From: Candidatus Kerfeldbacteria bacterium
Lineage (GTDB): Bacteria > Patescibacteriota > Patescibacteriia > UBA10025 > JAHIVO01
NCBI GenBank assembly: GCA_047946875.1
Contig: CP181398.1
Location: 143,154 to 207,153 of the forward strand
Length of the DNA: 64,000 nt
Direction of reading: 5' to 3'
The notes under the pieces were generated by a model. It was not told where the DNA came from. It saw only the letters and a program-made list of their open reading frames with translations, and searched no databases. Position numbers and translations under genes: made by a program. Position 1 is the stretch's first letter; each line of letters begins with the position of its first letter. This document shows positions 17,464-27,966 of this stretch, one piece after another.

Positions 17464-18564
17464 ATGTCAAGTACTAGTAACCAACTTAATTATATGAGAG
17501 TAGAGAATAAAGAAGAAGAAAAAAAGATAGATAAATTTATACCCCCACAACCAATTGGTAAAGTTGCTACTTTGATTGGTCTAGTGGTAGCTAGTACAGC
17601 TCTTTTTTGGTTAGCATGGCATAACGCTATTACATCTGGTTTAAGTTTTGCCTTTAGTTGGGAAAATATATTATTGGTTCTTTCTACATTATTGGCAATG
17701 TGTTTAATGTTTACGATATTGGCAATGGCTGAAGTATTAGTAACGAAGAGAATACCTTTATTATTAATGGCAATTTTTTCTTCTGCTACTATGTTTCTTT
17801 TTTTCAAACCGTCTTTTTGGAGTATGGTAGGATTTTTATTAATGCTATTAGCATTCTTGGCATGGAGAAGAGAGATTAGACAAGATGAAAAAACTAGGGT
17901 AAAATTTGTACCACAAAAAATAATCGATAGTGGATTAAAGATGGCGGTCAGTTTGATATTATTAGCAGCTTGTTTCAATTTTTTTAGCTTCATGACAACA
18001 AGACCTAATGCAGAAATTGAAACTATGAATAGTTTGGTAAGTAATAGCACGGAGACTGTAGAAAGTGGCTTATTATTATATTATGGTGATAGGTATGACC
18101 CAGATATGGAGCTAGATACATTTATCAATAATATTAGTTCTTCAGTTGGTGATGCGATAATAGATGATAAGGTTAAGGTTGATACAGGCAATGAAGAGTT
18201 GGACAATGCTTTAGGTGATGCAATTACAGATAGTCTTGGAGTTGTACAACAGGAAGTAGTCGAAGAACTTAGGAATAGTTTTTTAGCAACGTTTAATATA
18301 GAAGCAACAGGTGATGAGAGTATGAATAGTATTATTGAAAAAATTGTACATGCAAATATTACAGAATTTGTTGATCCATATCTTGAGTTTGTACCGGCAT
18401 TATTAGCAGTCGGTTTGTTCTTTCTTCTTAATATATTTAATTTTATTTATAGAGAGTTAATTAAATGGTTTAGTTATCTATTGTTTCATATCTTTATTTG
18501 GATTAAGTTTATCCATATAAAGAAGATACAAATAGAAGCAGAAAAAATAGCATTATCTGAATAG
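17464..18564 (+). CDS. Hypothetical polytopic membrane protein
   Basis: 366 aa with several predicted TM helices flanking an acidic central domain. Confidence 0.6.
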   Translation: MSSTSNQLNYMRVENKEEEKKIDKFIPPQPIGKVATLIGLVVASTALFWLAWHNAITSGLSFAFSWENILLVLSTLLAMCLMFTILAMAEVLVTKRIPLLLMAIFSSATMFLFFKPSFWSMVGFLLMLLAFLAWRREIRQDEKTRVKFVPQKIIDSGLKMAVSLILLAACFNFFSFMTTRPNAEIETMNSLVSNSTETVESGLLLYYGDRYDPDMELDTFINNISSSVGDAIIDDKVKVDTGNEELDNALGDAITDSLGVVQQEVVEELRNSFLATFNIEATGDESMNSIIEKIVHANITEFVDPYLEFVPALLAVGLFFLLNIFNFIYRELIKWFSYLLFHIFIWIKFIHIKKIQIEAEKIALSE

Positions 18565-18572
18565 TATACATT

Positions 18573-19703
18573 ATGGCAAATAAAGATTTATATGAAATTC
18601 TTGGAGTGGCTAAAGAAGCTAGTCAAGATGAAATAAAAAAAGCTTATAGAAAACTTGCTCATCAACATCATCCAGATAAATCTGGAGGTGATGAAGCTAA
18701 ATTTAAAGAGATTAATTCAGCTTATCAAGTGCTTAGTAATGAGCAGAAGCGCCAACAATATGATCAGTTTGGTCAGAATTTTAATCAAGCTGGTGGTGGG
18801 CAAGGAGGCCAAGGTGGTTTTGGTGGTGGGATGAATTGGGATGATTTCGCTCGTGCGTCTGGTGGTCAGCAGGGACCGTTTGGTCAAGGTGGTCAGGGAG
18901 CTGAGTATGATATGGGAGATATATTCGGAGATATTTTTGGTTTTGGTAAACGTGGTGGAGCAAGCTCTGGTGCCTCAGCACAAGGTGGTGATATACAGGC
19001 TGAAATGCAAATTGAATTCAAAGAAGCTGCTTTCGGAGCAGAAAAGGTAATAGATTTATATAAGCATGCCACTTGTTCACATTGTAAGGGGAATGGAGCA
19101 GAGCCAGGTTCAAAAATTGATACTTGTAAAAATTGCAATGGGCAGGGTAAGGTAGAGAGAGTGCAGCAAACTGTTTTAGGTGCATTTCGTACGGCAACTG
19201 TGTGTCCTGAATGTCGTGGTGAAGGTAAAAAATATGACAAGAAATGTAAAGAGTGTAGCGGTGACGGAAGAGTAAAAGAATCTGAAAAAATCAAAGTAAA
19301 AATTCCAGCTGGGATAGCAGAAGGTGAGACGATACGATTATCTGGAAAAGGGGAAGTAGGTCTAAAAGGAGCACCAGCGGGTGATCTTTATGTTACGATG
19401 AGAGTAGTTAATGATCCAAACTTTAATAGAGAGGGTGATGACATTTTGTCAGAAGTTAATATCAGTATTTCCCAAGCTACTTTAGGAGATAAAATAAATA
19501 TAATGACTTTGGATGGCGAAGTGACTTTAAAAGTTCCATCTGGTACTCAATCAGGTAAAGTGTTTAGTCTTAAAGGAAAAGGGACTCATCATCTACGTAT
19601 ACGTGGACGTGGCGATCATTTAGTAACAGTGAATATTCAAATACCTACAAAATTAAGTAGAGACCAAAAGAAGTTATTTGAACAATTATCCAAGTTAGAT
19701 TAA
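18573..19703 (+). CDS. dnaJ: Chaperone DnaJ
   Basis: J-domain with HPD ([12 protein letters not shown]), a G/F-rich region, four CxxCxGxG zinc-finger repeats and the C-terminal substrate-binding domains. Confidence 0.95.
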   Translation: MANKDLYEILGVAKEASQDEIKKAYRKLAHQHHPDKSGGDEAKFKEINSAYQVLSNEQKRQQYDQFGQNFNQAGGGQGGQGGFGGGMNWDDFARASGGQQGPFGQGGQGAEYDMGDIFGDIFGFGKRGGASSGASAQGGDIQAEMQIEFKEAAFGAEKVIDLYKHATCSHCKGNGAEPGSKIDTCKNCNGQGKVERVQQTVLGAFRTATVCPECRGEGKKYDKKCKECSGDGRVKESEKIKVKIPAGIAEGETIRLSGKGEVGLKGAPAGDLYVTMRVVNDPNFNREGDDILSEVNISISQATLGDKINIMTLDGEVTLKVPSGTQSGKVFSLKGKGTHHLRIRGRGDHLVTVNIQIPTKLSRDQKKLFEQLSKLD

Positions 19704-20347
19704 TGTCTATTAAATGTATAATTTTTGACTACGATGGTGTGATCGTGGATTCTTTTGATGAAATGCATGCGGTTTATCAGATACTATGCAAAGAGTTAGG
19801 GTATAAATGTCCAACCGACAGGGAAGTTTTTAGAAAAATGTATGGTAATGACTACAGTGATTTGTTAGTCTCTTTAGGTGTGCCTAAAAAACTTTGGGAA
19901 AAGGGATCTGAAATTTATTACCGAGAGATAGTAAAAAGAAATTCGTTACCATTTTCACAGATTAAAGAGCAGTTAGATATACTTTCAAAGAAATATGTAC
20001 TTTATGTAGTTTCTGCTACGAGTCAAGAGGAGGTTAAGTCAAAATTAATCAAAAATAATTTAGATAAGTATTTTAAGAAAATTTTTGCTAGGGGTCATTA
20101 TTCAGAAATGTTCAAAAAAGCTGAAGCTATAAAGTCTATTATTAAAGAGGAAAAAGTTGGTCTTGATGAAGTGATCTATGTTGGAGATATGAATAGAGAT
20201 TATGAACGTTCAAAAGAGGCAGGATTAAAAAATATTATTATTTTAGATTATGGATGGGGGAATACAATAACAACCGATCAAGCTGTTAAAGTTAAAAAAC
20301 AAGAAGACTTATTGGATGTAATAGAACAATGTGATTTAAAGTATTGA
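19703..20347 (+). CDS. HAD-superfamily hydrolase (phosphatase-like)
   Basis: Motif I IKCIIFDYDGVIVDS. Motif IV YVGDMNRDYERSKEAG. Confidence 0.75.
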   Translation: MSIKCIIFDYDGVIVDSFDEMHAVYQILCKELGYKCPTDREVFRKMYGNDYSDLLVSLGVPKKLWEKGSEIYYREIVKRNSLPFSQIKEQLDILSKKYVLYVVSATSQEEVKSKLIKNNLDKYFKKIFARGHYSEMFKKAEAIKSIIKEEKVGLDEVIYVGDMNRDYERSKEAGLKNIIILDYGWGNTITTDQAVKVKKQEDLLDVIEQCDLKY

Positions 20348-20359
20348 TTTTTATCAATA

Positions 20360-20372
20360 ATTGTGATATAAT
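20360..20372 (+). promoter_or_regulatory. Extended -10 promoter upstream of the 20408 gene
   Basis: TGaTATAAT (TGnTATAAT). A GGAGGT RBS sits 6 nt before the ATG. Confidence 0.5.
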
Positions 20373-20407
20373 ATATTTGTTAATTAATTAACAGGAGGTA
20401 TAGTCAT

Positions 20408-21022
20408 ATGATACCAGTTGCTTGGGCAGCAGAAACCGCAGAGGTTGCTGTCGAATCTGCAAATATAATGCAGAACATCGATTGGACCAGACCGACATGG
20501 GATTTATTCATAATCTTATTTTTTATCGTAGCTGCATTTTTATATGGATTGTCATTAGGTCGTGATAGAATAATTGTTATTTTGGTTAGTATTTACATGT
20601 CTCTAGCTATTATCGAGCACGCTCCATTTCTCAATTCAGAGTGGTTGCATGATTGGATTAACGGTGTTGTAAATCAATTTTTTGTATTTCAAATATCAGC
20701 ATTCTTAATACTGTTTATTGTTTTATTTTTGGTGATTACGCGTTCCGCTCTGATGAAGACGATAGCCTCTTCAGATACTGCTGGTCCATGGTGGCAGGTT
20801 TTATTATATAGTACTTTGCATGTTGGGTTGCTTGTTAGTATAGTATTATCATATCTACCAGCTGATACTGTGGAGCAGGTATTAGCGCCATTAACAAAAC
20901 AAGTCTTTACAACGGAGGTGGCTCAATCAGTCTGGATATTATCACCAGTGGTAGCAATGATAGCGTTCAAAGGTACTGGCTCTAGAAAACGTAAGAAAAG
21001 AGAAATAGCAGACGAAGAATAA
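20408..21022 (+). CDS. Hypothetical membrane protein
   Basis: 204 aa with 4-5 predicted TM helices. Confidence 0.6.
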   Translation: MIPVAWAAETAEVAVESANIMQNIDWTRPTWDLFIILFFIVAAFLYGLSLGRDRIIVILVSIYMSLAIIEHAPFLNSEWLHDWINGVVNQFFVFQISAFLILFIVLFLVITRSALMKTIASSDTAGPWWQVLLYSTLHVGLLVSIVLSYLPADTVEQVLAPLTKQVFTTEVAQSVWILSPVVAMIAFKGTGSRKRKKREIADEE

Positions 21023-21084
21023 AAAAATAGGCTATGAAATAAGCCTAGATAATTTTGCTGGACGTAATAATATTACGTTTTTTT
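21021..21084. terminator. Bidirectional terminator pair between convergent genes
   Basis: AGGCT-atgaaata-AGCCT is preceded by A7, making a minus-strand terminator. ACGTAATA-ATATTACGT is followed by T7, making a plus-strand terminator. Confidence 0.65.
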
Positions 21085-21085
21085 A

Positions 21086-21958
21086 TTAATTTAGTAGTAA
21101 TATAAATGCAATCCCGCCAAGCATGATAGCAGCTCCGAATATTCTATATTTAATATTAGTTTCTTTAAAATAATAAGCACCTAGGACAATGCTACCAATA
21201 ATTAAGCCACCTCTTTTAATAGCGATGGCATAGGAGACGAATGTAGTTTCTAAACCTATTAAAAATAATATATTAGCTACAGCTGTGATGATAGCGGCAG
21301 AGATAAGAAGAGGGAGGTGACCAGTAATCATTTTCTTATAATGGTGACGATGTCTCATACCCATCCAGATGCTCATAAAGATTGCTTCTATCAGAACGGT
21401 TGCGAATAAATAAAATTCTATTGAACTTTTTTGCATGGCCATTTTAGCGAAGTTAGCATTGAAACTCCATATTAAAGCAATTATAATAATATAAAGGCTA
21501 GCCTTATGTGAAAAAATATTTTTTATTCTTGCCATTAATCCATTCCTAAGCTCCTCACCTTTTAATAATATAGCACCAGCAACAACTAATAGAATACCGA
21601 TGATACCATATGTATTTGGTAGTTCTCCAAGAAAGAAATATGAAGTAGCAATCAAGAATACTGGAGTGAATGAAAGCAGGGGAAGGGTTGCGGATATTGG
21701 AGCAAGTTTTTCACTTTTTATTAGTAATATATTTGTTATGATAAGCAAAGGAACATCGATAGCAATAATCAACCAGAAAGTTGGATCAATTTCAGGTAAT
21801 CCATTTTTCCATAAAAAAATTGCATAAATTGGTACAGAAAAAGTAGCAACCGCCCAAAAAATAATATTGACAGTGTAACTTTTTGTTGCTTTTTTCTTCA
21901 GCACATCTACGGATGGGTATAGTAGTGAAGCGATAATTATTAATATAAATCCACTCAT
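21086..21958 (-). CDS. EamA/DMT-superfamily transporter (10 TM)
   Basis: 290 aa with about 10 TM helices in two repeated halves, typical of EamA. Confidence 0.6.
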   Translation of the reverse strand: MSGFILIIIASLLYPSVDVLKKKATKSYTVNIIFWAVATFSVPIYAIFLWKNGLPEIDPTFWLIIAIDVPLLIITNILLIKSEKLAPISATLPLLSFTPVFLIATSYFFLGELPNTYGIIGILLVVAGAILLKGEELRNGLMARIKNIFSHKASLYIIIIALIWSFNANFAKMAMQKSSIEFYLFATVLIEAIFMSIWMGMRHRHHYKKMITGHLPLLISAAIITAVANILFLIGLETTFVSYAIAIKRGGLIIGSIVLGAYYFKETNIKYRIFGAAIMLGGIAFILLLN

Positions 21959-22017
21959 TTTTTGAATTATTAAAAAGGTTAGTAACTAAGATTAGTCGCT
22001 ATTTTTTTATTTGTTAA

Positions 22018-22971
22018 TTAGTTCGTTTTGTTGATATTTATTCCAACTTCTTTCCATTCGGACATTACTTCATCAATATCAGATGAATTAACGGTAGTAT
22101 GTTCAGCATCTTTATTGCTTATGTTTGCTAGTTTTACTTTTGCGGCGGCTTCATCCATTAGATCAATAGCTTTATCGGGAAAAACCCTGTCATGCATGAA
22201 TTCTCCAGAAAGTTTCACACACCGAGCTAGTGCATCATCACTAATTTTTACTTGGTGATGATTTTCATATTTTGATCTTATGCCTGCTAATATTTTGATA
22301 GTATTTTCAGCACTTGGTTCGTTGACCATGACTGGTTGGAATCTTCTTTCTAAAGTTGAATCATGTTCAACATATTTTTTGTATTCTTCTATTGTAGTTG
22401 CTCCTACCATTTGGAGTTCACCACGTGCTAAGGCAGGTTTGAGAATATCGGCAGCGTCAATTGCGCCGGTTGCTTCACCAGCTTCAGCAAGTGAATGCAT
22501 TTCATCAATAAATAATATAATTGTTCTTTTGGCCGCGATTATTTCGTCTACTAATGATTTCAATCTCTTTTCAAATTCCCCTCGATATTTAGTACCAGCA
22601 ACCATTCCACTTAAATCCAAAGATAAAACTTTTTTGTTTGCTAGATGGGGGGTAACATCACCGGTAGCTATTTTGTTCGCTAATCCTTCAACTATTGATG
22701 TTTTGCCTACGCCAGACTTTCCGATGATTACAGGATTATTTTTAGTTCGACGAGAGAGTATTTGGATTAATCTCTCAATTTCATGTTCACGACCAATCAC
22801 TGGATCAAGTTTGTTATTGATAGCTAGGTTAGTAAGATCTTTTGAATACATTTGTAGTACATTCATGCCGGATGTATTTTTTTTACTTTCTTTGTATAAC
22901 CAAAAAATAATTACACCCAGTACTATGAGTATAAGTAACAATGATGAAGATGTTGCGCTTAGGTTGAACAT
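22018..22971 (-). CDS. Membrane-anchored Clp/Hsp100-type AAA+ ATPase, D1 domain only
   Basis: N-terminal TM (LLLILIVLGVIIFWLY), then LDPVIGREHEIERLIQILSRRTKNNPVIIGKSGVGKTSIVEGLANKI (ClpB/ClpC NBD1 Walker A), Walker B ILFIDEMH, and a sensor/arginine region. There is no N-domain, M-domain or D2. Confidence 0.8.
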   Translation of the reverse strand: MFNLSATSSSLLLILIVLGVIIFWLYKESKKNTSGMNVLQMYSKDLTNLAINNKLDPVIGREHEIERLIQILSRRTKNNPVIIGKSGVGKTSIVEGLANKIATGDVTPHLANKKVLSLDLSGMVAGTKYRGEFEKRLKSLVDEIIAAKRTIILFIDEMHSLAEAGEATGAIDAADILKPALARGELQMVGATTIEEYKKYVEHDSTLERRFQPVMVNEPSAENTIKILAGIRSKYENHHQVKISDDALARCVKLSGEFMHDRVFPDKAIDLMDEAAAKVKLANISNKDAEHTTVNSSDIDEVMSEWKEVGININKTN

Positions 22972-22983
22972 AATGATTTTATT

Positions 22984-23925
22984 TTATAACCACTTTCTTC
23001 TTTTAAAAAAACTAAATACTAATATTGCTACAAAAATCTCAAGAACTAGTAAGGCTACAAAACCAAACTCCCATTCTATAATAGGAGTGCCTGGAGCACC
23101 AATACCTAAGAGGGTTGCGACAAGAGTTAGAACAAATATTACTACAGAAATAACTGTAAAAGTTTTCATGATATGGTTTAGGCGGAATGAAATTAATGAT
23201 TCATTTGTATCATTAACTGCTTCGATAGATTCTTTGAAACTATCTAATGTATCCCAAATTTCTTTAACTTTATCAATTAAACTATTGAAGTATATATTTG
23301 ATTTACTAACATCAAAAAATTGTAATTGTTTATTTGCTGCTTCTAATTTCTTAATAATATTTTTATGTGCTTGCATTGATCTACGGAAATTAACAACATT
23401 TCTACGGGAGGCTAATATTTTACCTACCATGTCTTTTTCTTTGCCACGAAATATTAATTTTTCAGTTTTATGAATATCAACACTAATATGATCAAGCATT
23501 GGGAAACAATGACCAACTAATTTATTTAGCATTTCGTATAGCACTATTATTACATTGTTGGAAAGAAATTCATTTTTTTCATTATGATGAACGGATTTTT
23601 TTAGATGGTTAAAATGACTTACTATAGTATCTAACTTTTTATCATGAATGGTTATTATATAATGTTTACTGATAAAAAAATCTATTTCTACTGCAGTAAT
23701 TTCACCAGTCTTTCTATTATATAGGGGATAAAGCATAACTAAAAATATATGATCTTTGTAAACATCAATTTTAGGTCTTTGCCCATTAGTAATACAATCC
23801 TCAAGATTAATGGGATGAAAGTTGAAATTCTTTTTTAGAAATTTAATTTCTGGGCCATCACTTTTTCTGACGTCCGTTACATCAATCCATCGAATATTTT
23901 TTGCCCTAATTTCATTTATTGGCAT
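22984..23925 (-). CDS. CorA-family divalent cation channel-like protein lacking the GMN motif
   Basis: N-terminal cytoplasmic domain of about 250 aa plus two C-terminal TM helices. RLNHIMKTFTVISVVIFVLTLVATLLGIGAPG aligns to the CorA LNxxMKxLTxxSxIFxPLTxIxGxYGMN region, but GMN is replaced. 12 bp upstream of the AAA+ gene on the same strand. Confidence 0.65.
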   Translation of the reverse strand: MPINEIRAKNIRWIDVTDVRKSDGPEIKFLKKNFNFHPINLEDCITNGQRPKIDVYKDHIFLVMLYPLYNRKTGEITAVEIDFFISKHYIITIHDKKLDTIVSHFNHLKKSVHHNEKNEFLSNNVIIVLYEMLNKLVGHCFPMLDHISVDIHKTEKLIFRGKEKDMVGKILASRRNVVNFRRSMQAHKNIIKKLEAANKQLQFFDVSKSNIYFNSLIDKVKEIWDTLDSFKESIEAVNDTNESLISFRLNHIMKTFTVISVVIFVLTLVATLLGIGAPGTPIIEWEFGFVALLVLEIFVAILVFSFFKRRKWL

Positions 23926-24058
23926 GATTTTTATTTTTTGTTTTAGTATTTATATTGTAGCATACTTTAGCGATTTTTGCAAGTTATATGCTTTAAATAA
24001 AAAAGAGACGAATATGTATTCATATACGTCTCTTCTACTCAATTTTATTATGCTATCT

Positions 24059-24568
24059 CTATCTTCTACTGTGGTACACTGGCATTGTTGCCAGTACCGG
24101 ACCATATACATCGTCAGTTAAGTCAATAACTCGACCTGTATTATAGTCGAAACTTTGGTTGATCCTTCTGAACCAACCTCGCACGAAGATTGTCCTCTCT
24201 CGTTGATCTTTTTTGTTTTTGATGAAAGCGTGTCCCCAGCTTCTTTTGGCTCCGAATTTCTTGGCACCAAAAGGTAAATTTACCCAGTTGAGCCCATCCA
24301 ATGAATACTCAGCGCTAGAAAGCTCCCAATCTCTGGGTGCTTTATAAACTATGTATAGTTTCATTCCTCTACCTTGTATAGGGTAGGCACTGAGTAGATG
24401 GAGCCTAGTATTCCATTGATTAGATGGATATACCTTGAAAGCATCTTTAGAAGGGGGTTTGTTTTCAGGTCTTTCTAATACCTGAATATTTACAAAACGT
24501 CCACAGCTTTGGCAAATCAGCATAATAAAAATAACAAAGAGCATTAGTAGCGTATTATGGAGTTTCAT
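24059..24568 (-). CDS. Hypothetical secreted protein (signal peptide)
   Basis: MKLHNTLLMLFVIFIMLICQSCG, i.e. a signal peptide. 169 aa. Confidence 0.55.
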   Translation of the reverse strand: MKLHNTLLMLFVIFIMLICQSCGRFVNIQVLERPENKPPSKDAFKVYPSNQWNTRLHLLSAYPIQGRGMKLYIVYKAPRDWELSSAEYSLDGLNWVNLPFGAKKFGAKRSWGHAFIKNKKDQRERTIFVRGWFRRINQSFDYNTGRVIDLTDDVYGPVLATMPVYHSRR

Positions 24569-24741
24569 GTCACTCCTCCTTCTATATGTATAACAATAGT
24601 TTCAGATTAAACAGACATTTAAATATATCATTGATATAAGGATTTGTCAATAGTAAGCATACTAACATTGATTAATAAAATTTTACCTTGATTTTTCATC
24701 AAAAATATGATATAATAATTATATAAATGAATTAATTACTA

Positions 24742-25314
24742 TTGTTTATGCCAAACCCAATAAATAAGCCTGATTTATCTAGTCCGGATACTAAAAGGGG
24801 TGCAACTTCTGAAATTGAGGATATTTTTGAGCATGAAGATGCTAACAAAGTAGAACAACAACCCGAGCCAGTTGAAGTAAAAGTGACTTTACCTGAAGTT
24901 AGTAAAGAAATTACTCCAGAAAAGAAAGTTGAAAAAGAACAACAAAAAGAAAATGAAATCAATCAGATGCAACAAGCCCCTCCTCCCGTACAACCGGACC
25001 CAGTAGTAGATAAGACAACTGTTTCTGAAGAAAGAAGCGTTGATTTGATGAAAATTGAAAATATATTATCTGATCATTTAGATGAACTTTTTTTACAGAT
25101 GACACCGCAGGAACAAATGGCATTTAAGAAAAAAGGAGAAGAGACGGCAGAAAAAGTTAATGAATTATTAAAAGAAACTAAAATTAAAGTAAAAGAAATT
25201 TTAGTATTAATTAAAGAATGGTTGAAAATAATACCTGGAGTAAATAAATTTTTTATTGAACAAGAGGCAAAAATTAAAACTGATAGATTACTAAATCTTA
25301 GAGAAAGAGAATAA
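24742..25314 (+). CDS. Hypothetical acidic/coiled-coil protein
   Basis: 190 aa, Glu/Lys/Gln/Pro-rich, located upstream of the large ATPase. Confidence 0.5.
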   Translation: MFMPNPINKPDLSSPDTKRGATSEIEDIFEHEDANKVEQQPEPVEVKVTLPEVSKEITPEKKVEKEQQKENEINQMQQAPPPVQPDPVVDKTTVSEERSVDLMKIENILSDHLDELFLQMTPQEQMAFKKKGEETAEKVNELLKETKIKVKEILVLIKEWLKIIPGVNKFFIEQEAKIKTDRLLNLRERE

Positions 25315-25364
25315 AATATTTAGTATTCATATATTTAAGTGGTATCAATTATAGTTAAAAAATT

Positions 25365-27869
25365 ATGAATGTATTTGCAAATTTGATGGAAAATTCTGCT
25401 TTTCCAATTATTTTAGTTGGAATTTCTGTTTTAATTGTTGCGATAAGTTCTTTTTTAATTATTCGTCGTAACATGAGAAGTCAAAAAAAATTACCTAATG
25501 CATTGCAAAAGGTAATGTTATTGATCACTCTACCAAAAGAGTCAGAGATAAAAGAAGGAGAAAATAAACAAGAGTCTGTTGAAGAAATGTTGGTTGAGGC
25601 AGAAGCATTTTTAAATGCATTAGGCGGTATGAAGGCTCAACGTGGCGCTGCTAGTATAGTTGGAGGAAGAACTGATAATTTTTCATTTGAGATTGTTGCA
25701 TATGGAGGATTAATTTCATTTTATGTTGTTATTCCTAGATACTTACGTGATTATATGGAACAACATATTAGTGCTCAATATCCAGATGCGCAAATTGAAG
25801 AAACGGAAGAATTCAATTTATTTAGTCCCCAAAGTAAAATTGCAGCTACTACTCTAACATTTAAAAAGCAGTACATATTTCCCATAAGAACATATCGTGA
25901 GTTAGATGTTGATCCATTAAGTTCTCTTACTAATGTTTTATCAAAAATCGCTCCAGACGAAGGTGCGGTTATTCAGTATGTTGCCAGATCAGCAAAAGCA
26001 GAATGGAGAAATTGGGGAGCTCGTGTTGCAAAAGATATTCACAATGGTAGGGCGGTAAAAGAAGCTGTCGGAAGGAATGGTTTTTTGGGATTTCTTTTTG
26101 GATTATATAGAACTTTTGTACCTGAGAAAAAAAATGAATTAGACAAACAACATCAGTTATCAGCACGTGATGAGGAAATTGTAAAAAGTTTGGAAAACAA
26201 GGTTAGTAAGGCAGGGTTAGATGTAAATATTAGAATTATCGTTTCAACAAAGTCGCAAGAAAGATCACAAAAATATTTAAAAGATATTGTTGATTCTTTT
26301 AGTCAGTATTCTTCTTTTGAATATGGTAATGGTTTCGTGAGAAATGATCCGTATTTCAAAAAAGACCAATTAATATTGGACTATATTTATCGTACATTTA
26401 ATAAGAAAAAATTGTTGGTACTTAATACAGAAGAGATGGCGAGTTTATTTCACTTTCCTTTAGTTACCACAGAAACTCCTAATATTCGTTGGTTAGTAGC
26501 ACGTAAAGCACCAGCCCCAACCAATCTACCTAAAGAAGGATTGGTATTAGGTAAGAATCTTTATCGTGGCGAAGAGCATGTCGTTCGTATTAAACCTAAG
26601 GATCGACAGAGGCATGTATATGTAATAGGTAAATCTGGTGTTGGTAAATCTGTATTATTATCGAATATGATAATCCAAGATATTATTAATGGTGAGGGAG
26701 TCGGTGTTATTGATCCACATGGAGATTTGATTAATGATATATTAGCTCATATTCCTAAAGAGCGAGCTGAAGATGTTATACATTTCAATCCATCAGATCT
26801 TGATAGACCTATGGGTTTGAATATGTTAGAGGTATCTAGTCCAGATCAAAAAGATTTTGCGGTACAAGAAATGATTTCTATTTTTTATAAATTATTTCCA
26901 CCGGAGATGATTGGGCCGATGTTTGAACATAACATGAGGAATGTTATGTTAACTTTAATGGAAGATGAAGAAAATCCTGGTACTATTACAGATATTCCAA
27001 GGATGTTTACAGATCCTGCTTTTCAAAAATATAAATTATCCAAAGTAAAAGATCATGTTGTTAGAGCTTTTTGGGAACAGGAGATGGCTAAGACTTCTGA
27101 TTTTCATAAATCAGAGATGCTAGGATATTTGATCTCAAAAGTTGGTCGTTTTGTAGAGAATAGTATGATGAGAAATATTATTGGTCAGCCAAAGTCTGGA
27201 TTCAATTTTGAAGAGGTGATGAATAACAAAAAGATATTATTGGTTAATTTATCAAAAGGTACAACTGGCGAAGTAAATAGTAGTTTGTTAGGTTTAATAT
27301 TAGTATCTAAGCTTCAGATGGCTGCAATGAAAAGAGCATCGATGGCAGAAGAAGATAGAAAAGATTTTTACTTATATATTGATGAGTTTCAAAATTTTGT
27401 TACAGACAGTATCGCTACAATTTTATCTGAAGCTAGAAAATATCGTTTGGATTTAACTATTGCACATCAATATATTGGACAGCTACTTCAAGATAATGGG
27501 GATTCTAAGATTAAAGATGCTGTATTTGGTAATGTTGGTACTATGTTGGCTTTTCGTGTAGGCGTAGATGATGCTGAAGTATTAGCAAAAGAATTTGATC
27601 CAGTATTTAATGAATTTGATGCTATTAATGTAGAGATGTATACAGCTAATGTAAAATTATTAATTGATAATACTACTTCCAAGCCATTCAATATGATGAC
27701 TTATCCGCCACAACCTGGTAATCCAGAAATAGCTAAAAAAATAATCGAATTATCTAGATTGAAGTATGGTACTGATCGTAAAGTCATCGAAGCCGCAATG
27801 GCGGAAGTATCTAAGTTGGGGAATACTAAACCAGCACAAGGTCAGGCGACTGGTGAGAAAAGTATGTAA
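25365..27869 (+). CDS. FtsK/HerA/TraD-superfamily P-loop ATPase with N-terminal TM (T4SS coupling-protein / DUF87-like)
   Basis: Walker A VYVIGKSGVGKSVLLSNM...IDPHGDL. Walker B FYLYIDEFQNF. The 400-aa N-terminal region is of unknown function. Confidence 0.65.
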   Translation: MNVFANLMENSAFPIILVGISVLIVAISSFLIIRRNMRSQKKLPNALQKVMLLITLPKESEIKEGENKQESVEEMLVEAEAFLNALGGMKAQRGAASIVGGRTDNFSFEIVAYGGLISFYVVIPRYLRDYMEQHISAQYPDAQIEETEEFNLFSPQSKIAATTLTFKKQYIFPIRTYRELDVDPLSSLTNVLSKIAPDEGAVIQYVARSAKAEWRNWGARVAKDIHNGRAVKEAVGRNGFLGFLFGLYRTFVPEKKNELDKQHQLSARDEEIVKSLENKVSKAGLDVNIRIIVSTKSQERSQKYLKDIVDSFSQYSSFEYGNGFVRNDPYFKKDQLILDYIYRTFNKKKLLVLNTEEMASLFHFPLVTTETPNIRWLVARKAPAPTNLPKEGLVLGKNLYRGEEHVVRIKPKDRQRHVYVIGKSGVGKSVLLSNMIIQDIINGEGVGVIDPHGDLINDILAHIPKERAEDVIHFNPSDLDRPMGLNMLEVSSPDQKDFAVQEMISIFYKLFPPEMIGPMFEHNMRNVMLTLMEDEENPGTITDIPRMFTDPAFQKYKLSKVKDHVVRAFWEQEMAKTSDFHKSEMLGYLISKVGRFVENSMMRNIIGQPKSGFNFEEVMNNKKILLVNLSKGTTGEVNSSLLGLILVSKLQMAAMKRASMAEEDRKDFYLYIDEFQNFVTDSIATILSEARKYRLDLTIAHQYIGQLLQDNGDSKIKDAVFGNVGTMLAFRVGVDDAEVLAKEFDPVFNEFDAINVEMYTANVKLLIDNTTSKPFNMMTYPPQPGNPEIAKKIIELSRLKYGTDRKVIEAAMAEVSKLGNTKPAQGQATGEKSM

Positions 27870-27966
27870 ATAATTCATGAGTAATTATAATAAATATATA
27901 GCAATATTTATTATTGCAAGATTATTACTAATAATTCCGATTTTTTTTCTGTGAAGGCCATAACAG

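Noticed and set aside
22280-23473. 397-aa plus-strand ORF
   Set aside because: It is antisense to, and fully overlapped by, the well-supported Clp-D1 AAA+ and CorA-like genes on the minus strand. It is a low-complexity Ser/Ile-rich translation, so a spurious shadow ORF.
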